A stretch of DNA of 63,660 nucleotides, the filler included, from Klebsormidium nitens (Eukaryota; Plantae; Klebsormidiophyceae), in the NCBI GenBank assembly GCA_000708835.1. It is 5 parts of 5 records of this genome, joined end to end, with 100 filler letters (N's around TTAATTAATTAA, not from the genome) between each part and the next. Parts side by side here need not be neighbours in the genome. Positions count along the whole stretch, not along the records: positions 11,025 to 26,703 come from DF238004.1; 4 more parts are not named here. One strand, given 5' to 3'. Positions 11,025 to 22,800 of the stretch are shown piece by piece. Both the position numbers and the translations under genes were made by a program. How positions within the stretch are numbered: position 1 is the stretch's first letter; every line of letters starts with the position of its first letter. The notes under the pieces were generated by a model. It made no database searches. It saw nothing but the letters and a program-made list of their open reading frames with translations, and was not told the DNA's origin.

Positions 11025-14000
11025 CGTGTAGTAGATTCGATATATCAATAAGTCGATAGCGTATAATAACGGACGATGCGCGGCCGCGAGTTTGGCGCGC
11101 AGCCAGAAGTCGGTGCGCAGTCGTGCCGTTACAACAGGAGATATTGCGTCCACGACGTCAGCCGCGGCTCCCGGGGCCCCCCTTATGTTGGCAGGTCGAG
11201 GCCTTGCCAACCTTCCCCAAAACGACCGCACTCCTGAAAGTAGCCTAGCAAACCGCTTTTGGCCCTCGCCTGCCGGCGCTCCCCCGCCTCCATTCTCCGG
11301 CACAACAGCGTTGACGTCATCCGGTAGATTTGCACCTGTCTCTTCCATGTCATGCTTATTGTCCTCATCATCTGCGCCCGCAGAAATTGGCTCTTCTTTC
11401 CCGAGGCGGCCAACGGGCAAGGCTGACATCGATGGGCCAGGGTCAACCATCTCCGAAAGCGCACCTTCCCGTTTTAGTGCTGACTGAGCCGCTACTACGC
11501 ACCGACCACTGTGATTTGCGGCTCCGGCGTCCCAAATTGTTGTGCCACCGCTAGAGGATGTCGCGCCGGCCTTGCCAGTGACAGGGTTCGCCCCTTCTGC
11601 GAAGCTCTCAGCCTCATTTTCTTGACCGCTTCCTTCGGGAATTTTAGATTTTCGTGACGGAACAAGAAGCGGAGGGGAAGGCCCGGCCCTGTCCCCATCG
11701 CCTGTGACCTTGCTTTTCTGCGGCGCCTCCATATTGGCTTTCTCTTGCGCCTCTCTAGCTTTTGTCTGCTCCTTCCACTTTCTTTGCGAAGCCATGTACT
11801 CCTTGTATCTCTCATTCAGAATCTCCTGGGCCACGTCAGATTCATACCTGCTCAATAGCGTTTCCAGCGGCGTTTTGAAGAAGGCCTCTTGCACCGCCTG
11901 CTTTAAGCGCTTCACCTTTGCTTTCCGCTTATTGTACTCGTCAATCTGCTTGGAGGTCACGTCCTGGACCTCTCTAAGAAGCGCGGGTTGATTCCGAGGT
12001 ATCCCGAGTGAACGCTTGCCGTGATGTTGAGTTGGCAGCGAGGATACTCTTCTCTTGTCGTCACATAAACCGTCTTGAACGCCTGCAAAAGGAGAGGTCT
12101 AAACTTCAGCATGTTAATCACACAATAGATCTCATGCCCGAGGTGAAACTTGAAGCCCTGGTGACTGCCCGGTAGACTATGCTCGACCATAAGCAGGCAT
12201 GCTACACTCAAGAAGCATTTCTGAGAAGCTGTATCAGGGAATGAGTCTCCCAGCTTCTTCTGCAAAGAGCAGATGCTCTTTGCAGAAGACCAGCAGTAGC
12301 TAGGGTTTCCAGTGCTCAATCGGAGTCATAAACATTCCGAAGGCGTACTAAGTGTTCACCGCAGGAGAAACTTGCAACATCTCCAAGCACGCAAAGGTCA
12401 TATCAAATTGTGTGAGCCTGAAGCAGATTGGCTGGAAAGTAGGATGCTCTTCTTTTGTTTGGTCAAAATGTGTGCCAGTCTCGAATATTTGGCTGGCCTT
12501 GGAAACTCTGCTTGAGAACCTTATGAAGAAAGTCAAGGGTAAGGGTATAGAAGCAGGGCAGCGATGTCATTCATTGTCATTCAAAAGTGATCAGTGCATT
12601 TACCTGCTCAGACTGCTCCTTCTCCAACTTGGAGGACTGGACTGACGCTTGCACGTATGGCACCACCACAGCAAGGTCGGCGGACGAGAAGCCGCTTTCT
12701 GCGAGGTACCTGCACACGACCAGCTCCCTTGTGTTGCTTCAATTGTCCGCGCTTTTGCTCCACAATGACCAATTCACTACTTCTGTAAAGGCTGTAACTT
12801 TAGAGGATTGGGCAGTCGCCCTCTTATGTCTCGAAGTTTGTGGCTTCACATTTGAATCAAGCAACAGCAAGCTCACACCTTTTTGCAAACGCGTCACCGA
12901 GCAGAAAGTTGTAAGAAGCACTCTGACTCCCCTCATGGGAGGGGTGACACAAGATCCGTATCTTCAAATGCTAGCGATGCAAGAAAATATCACACTTGAG
13001 TTTGTAACAATAAGAGCTGGGGGTTAGCAAATCTCACTATTTAACCAAACTCTTGCCTATTGCAACATGTCAGAAATGGTCTCAAGAAAGGTCAGAGCAG
13101 CCACTAGCAGGAAACATGAGATGCTCAAGAAAATTTCCGCATAGGTTGCGAAAAACAATTCAACACCTTTTGGGATGGACTTGGCAAATGGTGGTATCCA
13201 ATCGGTAGATGACTGAGGAAAAAAGGTCCTTCACCATCACAAGAAAGTTCTTGCAGGGTTACGGGTCTGCACAAAGCATCAAGCTTTGACTTACTTTCGT
13301 CGCTCCGTGTATGTTTCCTCTTCCACTTTCCGGATTTTGTCGTCCACTATAAACGCTGGCTTCTCAGGGAATGGACGACCTTCTTGATCATGTCTCCCAC
13401 GCTGAACGATGAAGAGGGGGATTCCAGCTGGGGTTGGGTGCTCGGACTCCAGATCATAGGCCTGCATGAAAACAGGAAAAGCTTGGCTGCCCTCTTCCAT
13501 CTTCAAACCGTCATATAGTAGTGCACTATTGGAAGTGCCTCCTTTCAGATTTCAGATTATCTACCCAACTCTTTCTCCAATCTGAGAATTAACACCTGGT
13601 GGAAAAGATAAGAGTTCGCAATTTCCCAGATTATGGAGAGTGTATTGACAATGGCGGAGCTGGGTGACATCCCTGCATTGCAGTTCAATACGCAGAGCAG
13701 ACATTAGAGTAGCAAGTGAAAATTGTTTGCTAGGGAGAAGGTAGGAGCAATTGCCCTTTCCAAACTCAAACCAGCCTTTCACTAGAAAGCTCATTCAGGT
13801 ATACCCGTCTAGCTGCTCTTTATATTCAAGGCCAAGCACCCCTTGTGCTAGGATGGCCTTTTCTGCAGCATGGAGGACTCTGGGTAAAAACCCTCATCAT
13901 GGCTCTGCTCATCTGGTGCTCCTCAGGTTCAGGCAACATGCGTCACTTGCAACCTGGCGGGCCAATCGCCCAGTCACATGTTGAGAACCAATTCGTGAGA

Positions 14001-14386
14001 GTCTGCTGGTGAAGTCTTACTCTCAAGCTGTCTGCGCAGGCTTGGACATAATGTAAAATGCAGCAAGCTTTGAAGCATTGCAAAAGGTCATGTTAAGTGC
14101 ATCCAAAATACATTGTCCAGACTCTGATAACAAACTTAAGCTTCAAAGGCAGCACCTTTGCCCTCACCTGGCACAATCCAGTCGTCTCAAACAGGTGCAC
14201 CCATTCGTCAGGTGAGATCTTTGGTACTGAGATGACTTCGGCCGCCTTCTTCTCGTCAGGCCCCTTGTCGGCTGGTTCATGCTTTGCTTTATCTATCATG
14301 CTTGCTAGAGCATTCTGACGCGTTTTCAGGTTGAGCAGGCCCGAGGCCAGGTGGCAACCAGGCTGGACACGTTTATAATCGGGCAA
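11025..14386 (-). pseudogene. Decayed multi-exon gene with Upf1/DNA2-NAM7-like (SF1) helicase motif remnants and a charged/low-complexity C-terminal ORF
   Basis: Ordered minus-strand fragments: KMEEGSQA (~13500), RGRHDQEGRP (~13400), LKIRILCHPS (~12950), SNTRE..YLAESGFSSADLAVVVPY (~12740-12655), SFQG (~12500), VYRAVTRA (~12155), then the 11025-11960 ORF running into a gap. Many stops and frameshifts; no clear Walker A. Confidence 0.35.
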
Positions 14387-14936
14387 AGTTAAAATGCTGA
14401 CGTCGCATAATTTGCCAACGGTCGTTGAATCGTGAAATTCAAACTGCGACCGTGGGGCGCATCATTTTGAACACTGAAATGGCCGCTCCCGCAAGCAATT
14501 GCAGCATCAAATCTTCACCAAATCTGGCGGTGTCAAGCTTGTTCGCCTGGAACAGGCCCCGCTGGGACGCGCTCCTTTTTCCAGCTTCAAAAACGTCCAA
14601 AAACAAGGCCTGTAAGCGCAAGAATGGTGCGGTTGCCTTATAGGAGCTATTTTAGCTCGTTTTGAGAGCTGTAAAAACGGGCGCCCTCTCTTGAGGCCTC
14701 TATGTGGCGACTGAGCTTGGCACCGCCAGCAAAGAGCATGATGTGGCCAACCAATAAGGTAGGCAAGAGCCATTTCTGCAGTGCCAAAAGCTTGCGCCCC
14801 ATGAGAGAACTTGGACTTCTCTTGAGAAGTTCAAGTTCTGAGGACGGCCGGCATCCCGGCCGAATTTATAGGTGGCGGGTGGTGGTCCGAGCTACCCGGG
14901 CAAACAACCTGAAACTACAACTCCTAACCAAAAGAA

Positions 14937-15808
14937 ACACCAGCTCCGCACCCGAACCCACCCTAACCACCAAACCAACCCTACCCGTCTCCCGGGCGCC
15001 TATTCTAAGTGTACTCTTGACGAGTCTTGAGTGAAAGTGGAGTCTCGTTTTAATATGACTCCATGTACCGTATGCGGCGGCGTGAGCCATCATTGCGCAC
15101 TTACTGCTCGCTTTTGAGTCAGTCTAACAGTTAACTAGCAATTCGGCAGCTCATATAAAATTGTCCGATTCTAATATCGGACGGCTGTAGGACGGTTTCG
15201 TCAAGGTTGGAGGATTTTGTCGACCTCGGATTCCCGAACCTTGCGCCGCGATTCCCGCCCACAAGATGAGTCGTTGGTCATCGGATGTTGACAGCAAGTC
15301 TCAAACCCCGAATCGCACTCAGGTATCAGCTCGCCGGCCGCGGCCGCGCGCATACACACACTGGCAAGGAGGATCAGTTTCGATATTCAATCATGCGTCG
15401 GTGAGTGGTAGCCTGTAGGTCGTAACTCTCATCATTATGGGTCTGTAATGATTTGAATGATAGTTTACTGAATGTGCACAATCTTGTACCAGCTTGGGCG
15501 CTACCAGATCTGCTAGAGGCAAAGGCCCGGGAAGCAAAACAACAATCCATGGGGGCATGATCGTGACATGATTTATAAATGATATCAAAAACAGCAGTAA
15601 GAGTAGTTAGACGCTGTTTGATCGATACCGATCTGGCTGCTCAGCTCATTCATTTATTAATTCACATACCCAGCGACAATCTATATAAAGCTCGTGTGCA
15701 TGGTCTTTAGAGTAAACTGCCAGGTATTCAGGTATATGGATATAGCAAGGCTGAGACGGGTAAGGGTAATAAGGTCGTTAGGGTGGGTACGGGTGCGGAG
15801 CGGGTGAT
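14937..15808. repeat. ~55-bp degenerate inverted repeats of a G-rich dispersed family (core TTAGGGTGGGTACGGGTGCGGAGC)
   Basis: The core occurs at 15778-15801, as reverse complement at 14943-14966, and as two further direct copies at 50905-50928 and 51017-51040. Confidence 0.65.
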
Positions 15809-16822
15809 ACTTTGGAATCTGAATCAAGCTTTGTAGTGTTAGCTTCGTTCTTACTACAAGTTCAGCGGCCTGCCTACTATATACTTAGTCTAAGAGAGGT
15901 ATCTCACGTGCCTATGGTCAACGGCCAGTTTTGGCATCATGCGCAGGGTCCGAGTTCAGAGGCCTCAGCTTCAAGTTTTATGCATGATAATGTCGATCGT
16001 GACATTGATCTTGCAGAAGACGGAATCAGTCAAGCCGCTGAGCGCCGGCTAGCTCGCAACCACAAGTTGTGCAGCCGCACCGAACGCCGTTGCATGATGA
16101 TGAGCCCAGGCGGCCAGATTATGCAACCGCAGCTAGACACCTCGCCCGAGACCCGACTTGCACAACGCGATCATTGAATCATGCATTACAACGCAGATTA
16201 GTCTCTGAACTCAGAATTGCTTCAACTCACACGTTGTTTTACAAGATACAAACCGTACCGCTGGCTAGCCACGCCACAACTGTGGCACAACATCTAAACA
16301 GCGCAGATCTTCGCAACTAAAGTTGAGACTTAAATCACTCATTACATAGCATGCAAACCTGTAGCGCTTGAGATTATTCTACTGAAGTGTGTGTATATTC
16401 TTTGAAGTTCTATCCGTTTCCTCTCTCCCTATATCGAGTTTGCATCTGCCTTTCTTCTCTAGGGCTACTCCTTTCGAGCTCCTTCAAGACTTCTTCTCAG
16501 TGTCCTGTTCAAACGCTCCCTCATTTCTTCCTCATGCGCTTCCAAAGGAAGCCGCCCTGTTTAACGTGTACTCGTCTTCAGGTCCACACAAGGCAGATGC
16601 CCATTGAGCTTCCCCTTCTTCGCTGAGTATCGTCGCGCACCTTTCCAATGCGACCTCAATGCCCCCTCAATGCCGTCCTTTCAAACCTCTCCTTTGGCTC
16701 CGATCGATTGCACTGCTCTCCGTTTACCATTGCTCTCACAAGATTTCCCTATCCCGAACAGTGATTCCGCTGCCCTTCACTCCTACTCCGTTTCCTGCAA
16801 ACACCCCCGCGCTTTCAAACCC

Positions 16823-19800
16823 CTAGATCCGCTTCAGAACATACTCCAGGGTCGCGAGGACAAACTCGTCCACTTTGCTCTCCGGCCCCGAAGCCTCCAC
16901 TTTACACAGAGCGCCGCTCAGAACCCTTTTCTGATCCCCAGGATCCAGCCGACTCACGAGCTCCTTCAAATGAGTGACAAGCTCCTCATAGACTGTCTCC
17001 ACCATAGCTGCGCTAAGTCCGCCCGTACCGAGGGTACGTACCGTCCGCAGGCAGACCGCAACCGTGTCGGCCAGGGTTCCGACCGGCGCCTCAAAACCCT
17101 GCGGCGCCGAAGCCGCGGCCGCGGCAGAACCCCCGCCAACCTCTGAACCCCCGGACTTAACGGCCAAAGCCGCCGCGCGTAACTCCTCGAAAGAAAAGCT
17201 CTCTGTATCTTCGCTTGGAAGTGGAGCGCCCTCAAAGAGGGATCCCCCCGAACCGCCCCCGAAGCCGAAACCGCCCCCAAAAGGGGATCCCCCCGAATCG
17301 TCCCCGGTAGACGCCCCAAAGATGTTTGGCCCGGTCGGTGAGGCGCCGGAGGTTTGCCCGGTCGAAGCGCTGTGAGTGCCCGGGGCTGGGGAACCGAAGG
17401 GGGACGATCCAAAGGCCGGGACGGAAGCGGAACCGGACGTTTGAACGGGGAGAGGCGCGTTTCCAAGAACGGTGAAAGGCGAGGGTTCGCCAAAGGGGGA
17501 TCCGCTAAGTTTGGGGTTTCCGAAAGGTGCGGAGGAGGGGGCACCGAAATTGGGAGTGGGAGCTGACGAGCCAAAGGCTGAAGAAGTGGGGGTTGTTGCC
17601 GGTGGGCCGAAGACAGATCCTGTCGCCGTTGCAGCGAAGAATGACCTCCCCGAACCGGAACTGGCAGCCGTTGAACCAAAGTGCGAGTTCCCCCACCCAA
17701 AAGCGGGTGTTGTTGCACCAAAGAATGACCCCCGGGCCGAACCGGAAATGGCAGTCGTTGAACCGAAGCCTGACGTCACTGTCCCTGAACCGAAAGTCGG
17801 AGACGGAGATCCGAAGGCTGACCCCGACCAAGTAGCGGCAGCAGTGGAGCCAAAGAGTGCCCCCCCCCCGCCGAAGGCTGGGGTTGGACCAAAGGCTGAT
17901 CCGGTCCCCTGTCCAAACGTTCCGCTGGTTTTCTGACCGAAGGGGCTATTTTGCTCCCCCGAGTCTGCGCCCCAGGTCGACTTCCGAGCTGGGCCGAACG
18001 CACTTGGGTTAGAAAACCCGGTTGACGCTTCGCGCGAAGCGGTAACCGAGGCTCCAAACCCGGAAGAATGGTTGCCACCAAAGATTGGAGACGGGTGGCC
18101 GAAACAGGGACCGGAAAAAGTACCAAACGGAGCGCCTTGGGGGGTTTGGCTGGCGCCAAAAAGGCCTGCGGAGGGAGGGCCGTAACTAGCTGGGGGAGGG
18201 GAAAAGCTCGGGCTAAGACTGACGAAGTTCCACCCGGCCGGTGCGTCCACCGGCTGCGTGACACGTGTCAGCGCCCCGTCGACTTTCTCCGCCCGATCGA
18301 CGGCCACGAAAGCCGTGAAGCGGCTCAGGACCTGGAAGCGCAGCGACGTTTCCAGGATGCGCGCGCGCAGCTCGTCGGGATTTGGGGTTTGGGACGCGCG
18401 CGGCGCGGCCGCGACGGCAAACTGATCGTCCAGGTCGCAGATCCGCGCGCGCGCCCACAGTGCACGCAGGGCGGGGTTTAGGGTTTGTTGCGCAAGCACA
18501 ATCTCCGTTCCGTTTTCCCCGGCCGCTGTCTTTCCGGTTACCGTTACGTAAATCGACTCCTCCACAGGCCCAGTCTCTTCCCCCGTGTTCTCGGGTTTAC
18601 CGCTAATCTGCCCGCTTCCCCGGCTAACCTGCCCGGTTTCGCTCTCTGAACAGTCGACTTCGCCGTTAACCTGCCCGGTTTCCCCCTCGGTTTGGTCGAC
18701 CGAACCACTAACCTGCCCGCTTCCCTTGCTAACCTGCCCGGTTTGCCCCTCTTCGCCGTTAATTCTGGTTTCCATCTCCGAACCCCCGTAACCCCTCTTC
18801 CTGTACCGTCCACTAACCACGACCGGTACCCCGGGGAAAAGCCCCGGCAAGCTACTCGGTGTCACAGTGTGCGCGAGCGGCTCGACGCCGCGGCCGCGCG
18901 GTCCGTCGATTTGGACGTCCGTGAGAAGGGGCGCGCATATAAGCCGGTGGATGCGGTCCATAGCATATCGGAGGCGGCCCTGGCTTTCGACGAGCTCGCA
19001 AGCGCCCCCCGGGGAAAGGGCGGCGAGGCGACGGAGGAAGGCCTCGTTGACGGACTGGTCGATGCCCAGGGTAAAGATGCGGACGCCCTGCAAACATATA
19101 CTAGGAAAAAGTTGAGTTGGCTAGCAATCTGGACTTTGCACGACAATCGACTTGAACGAGTTCGTACGTAATCAGGATTGACGTACACAGCCCTAGCCAC
19201 CATCAAAACGTAACTTTGTTTCAGTGGTGTTCAACCGGAATGGCATCAATTGAAAGATTATTTTTATTGACCGCAGATACATCTGACTATCTGATGCGTT
19301 GCGGTTGAGAGCAGAATGATCGAAAACCGACTTGAAAAGCAAAAGCTGAATCTGACAAATAGGTACTTTTCTTACTGCATGCAATGAAACTTTTCTTCTT
19401 ATCTGTACAAGACCCTTCAGGTACTTCAAATCTGACAAACGTCCGTCCAGAAAACAATGGTGGCAATCAACAGCAGACACAAAGACACTTGCGTCAACTC
19501 AAGAGACGCTTCAAGTTGAACTCGAGGGAACTGACGGGGAGGTTGAGCGCCGTGCGTTGACACAACATGGGCGGACCTGGCGGACCTCCCAGCTTACAGG
19601 CGTAGCTAGTCGAGATTGAAAATCATCATCTCATTTGTTCACGAAAAGTGACTGTAAGACACTACCCCCAAGTACCGCGGAATCTGGATTGATACTGATC
19701 AAGCAAATCGTTAGAGTGAAAACAAGGCCCCAAGCGGAGGAAGAAAGGGCACGTCCGGTGACATTCCTTCCTCCTCCATCCCCGGCAGCTATAGAACAGA

Positions 19801-22800
19801 ATAACAAAGCAGACAGAAGGACGGAAGCACGGAACAACGGAAAAGGGGGTTTTGAGATGAACACCATTCACCTGCAGCTTCGGCGCCAGCTGTCCCAGGA
19901 TCCAGTCCTCGTTCCCGACCTGACCGTCCGTAACCAGCACCATAATCCGGTCCCTAACCGGCGCGTCCTCCACCCCGCGCGCCGGCCAAAATCCGCCGGA
20001 ATCCTCCGCCGGCGCGGCCGAAACTCCCAAACCCCGGAGCGCGTCCGCGGCCGCGAGCAGCGGCGCGGCCATCTCGGTGCCCCCCCTTGCGGTCAAGTTG
20101 GAAAGAAAGGTCGCCGCTCTCTGGCGGTTGTTTTGACTGGCGGGTACTAAATTCGCGGCGTTTGAACCTGGGTTTGTCGGGGGAGAATGAACCACCAGTT
20201 GACTTAACAGACTTAGCGGGGGGTGGGTTATGGGGGCGTTCGTGAAGGGGGTCCCGCCGAAAAGGCTTGTTTGTGGGGGGGTGGCGCTCGTCTGACCGAA
20301 GAGGCCACAGTGGGGGGGTGCACCGAACGCCTTCGTAGAGGGGGTGTGAGCAAAGAGGCTAGTCTGGAGGGTGGCTGTCGGAGGGAGCGGTTGACCGAAG
20401 ATGCTGGTATGGGGGGGTGCGCCGAACGTCGTTGTAGAGGGGGGCTGGCCGAAGAGGCCGGTTTGGGGGGGTGCGCCGAACGTCGTTGTAGAGGGGGGCT
20501 GGCCAACGAGGCCTGTTTGGGGGGGTCCGCCAAAAGTGGTCGCAGAAGGGGTCTTTCCGAAGGGGCTGGTTTGGGGCGGTCCGCTGGTTGCTGCTGTAGG
20601 AGCCAGTTGATCGAAGGCCCTCGTTTGGGTGGTTCCGCCAAATGCATTCAAACAGGGACTTTTGCCGAAGATGCTTGTTTGGCCGAATGCACTTGTAGAG
20701 GCCGGTTGACCGAAGGCGCTCCTTTGAGGGAAAGACGAGGAACCCCACTGATCGCTCGAAGGCGTTCCCGTGGTGAAGAGGGGGCTCTCGATGCTGTTGT
20801 CGAAGGCGAGAACCGTGAAGTTGTCCTCATCCGACAATCTATTGACCTGTTGACAAAAGATGAGAAAAGACGGATGTCAATCAAAGCCTTGAGCTTCTTT
20901 TTCCATTTGGGAAGAAGTCAGGGTATGAATTTTGAACGACTGTTCCTGAGCTTTTTATTGGGTTGAGTGTAATCGAAGCTGCAAGGTTCCGGACCCAAGC
21001 AGCTGTTCCTAGTCGGACGCAGACTGCTAGCCTGACTGATCAGTCGGTTTAACACAACAATTGGTTTCTCCTAAGAACAAAGCGGGAAGCGAAGATATGG
21101 AAGCAAGTGCATTGAACGCGTCCCAACAGAGTATCATTGTAAGGGGGTCTGAACGGTTTGGGAGACCCATGTTACGTCACCTGAGGACCTTCCATCAACT
21201 GATGAGACTCTCGCGAGAGATAGAGAACGTTCCAGATTTTGACAGACAAGACGGTCGTGAGACGTGCCAGCTGATTTGTAGAAATCTTGGAGCGCTCTGT
21301 TCATGTTACCTGAAAGACCAAAGTCTTTTGAAGACAAGAGAACCAAAATAGCTCAACCTTACCATTTTCGCGATCGCATCGCGAGCAGCCAGCATCTTCC
21401 ACCCCGCCATCGATCCGGACCGGTCTACGACAAAGACGACGTCTCGGGGGGTCTTTCCTCCAGCGTTTCCGGCCCCCTGCGGCGCGACCAGCGTCAGGTG
21501 CCACGTGCCCTCCTCTGATTCGTCATCCGCATCGTCAGACATCATAAGCGATGCCGTCACTTTCTCAAGAGCGCTGTTGTCAACCACGTTGAAGCGCAGA
21601 ATGAAGTCTCGGTTCAGGCGGCAGTCCCCGGTGGGATCCAATCTGAGCCGTCGGATGGCGAGAGTGGGTGACGTGGCGGTTTGGGAGACGTCGGAAACTT
21701 CGACGGTGTGCAGGCTGCAGCGGACGTTGGAGACCGGCAGCGAGGTGACGTCAAATTCGACCTGCAAACAATGAAAGTGACGTCAGCTGCCATTGCTTCA
21801 AGTTCAGTCCATCAAATATCGTGGCCTTTCTGCACATCCCTTTTACCCCAATTGATTGGAGCATCTGTGTAAGGACCAAAACGGGTTGAAGACAATCCTG
21901 CCGTTCGTTGGTCAAGAAGTGGAACAACTATCAAAGACGGCAACTTTTTGTCAGCAACAAGGAGCAGCAGAGGTAAATCCTCCCTGGAGCCACTCGCAAA
22001 TGTCGCCCAAGGGTTGCGCCGAACGGGTTGCCTGCAACTGCGAAGCAGTCACTCGTTCAAAGTACATCTGAAGAGCCCGGCAGCATTTGATCAGAAAGCT
22101 AAGGGTTCGACGCTGCTCCAAGAAATATCTAAGAGCTTCTATTCAGGGACCCATTTGACTGATGTCCCAAAATCGCCGACAGCTGAAAGTAAGAGTGACC
22201 TGGCAGCTCAACGAACAAAGAGCATTTAGGCCTGATGCAGGACTTTCAAGAAAGAAGGCGCACAGATCAAGAACCTAGCATGCAGAAGGAGTTCGCCTTT
22301 ATGCATCAGAGCCGACGGAAGTCCCGGACAAGTCGACAGCTCAAATCGCTCTGTGCTGCGTTGACCGGCTACGATTGAGATGAAATTCCACGCCTGCATC
22401 CTCCTCACCTCAATGCCCAGATGAATCGGGTCCGGAAAGCCTGGCAGTGTCACACGCTGCGGGGGGGTGATCCTCGACGCGTCGGGGGTCTCGTTTGTGT
22501 CCTTCCCGACCCCCCCACCAACGTCCATTCCGCTGAGTCCGACCCCCGGAATGTAGCGTGGGGCCACTAGGAGCGGAAAACGGAATGTCGCTTCGCCGTC
22601 GGCAAAGGGGAGGGGCGCAGCCATTGTGAGACGAACGGAAGCGATCTCGCCGGAGCCGATGTTGCCGACACGGATGGAGAAGACCTGCGGGTTACAAGGA
22701 GAGTTTGAGCAGGAAAGCTGGATTCAAAACTGGCTGAGAGCTTAGGGAGTGAAGTGAAGGAAGCTCCTCTAGGACTTACAAACAAAAGTCGTTGGCGCAA

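Noticed and set aside
12060-12180. GFKFHLGHEIYC resembling the KDZ/Zisupton 'KFHLxAH..C' motif
   Set aside because: No supporting KDZ motifs (CxRH..GE, YDxxC, DGExxE) were found. Part of the segment looks intronic, and another frame fits helicase motif VI better.
16604-20966. Many overlapping antisense and alternative-frame ORFs
   Set aside because: These are shadows of the GC-rich, low-complexity VIT-vWA exons. The same applies to ORFs opposite the kinase (32547-35938) and transposase (53039-54272) exons.
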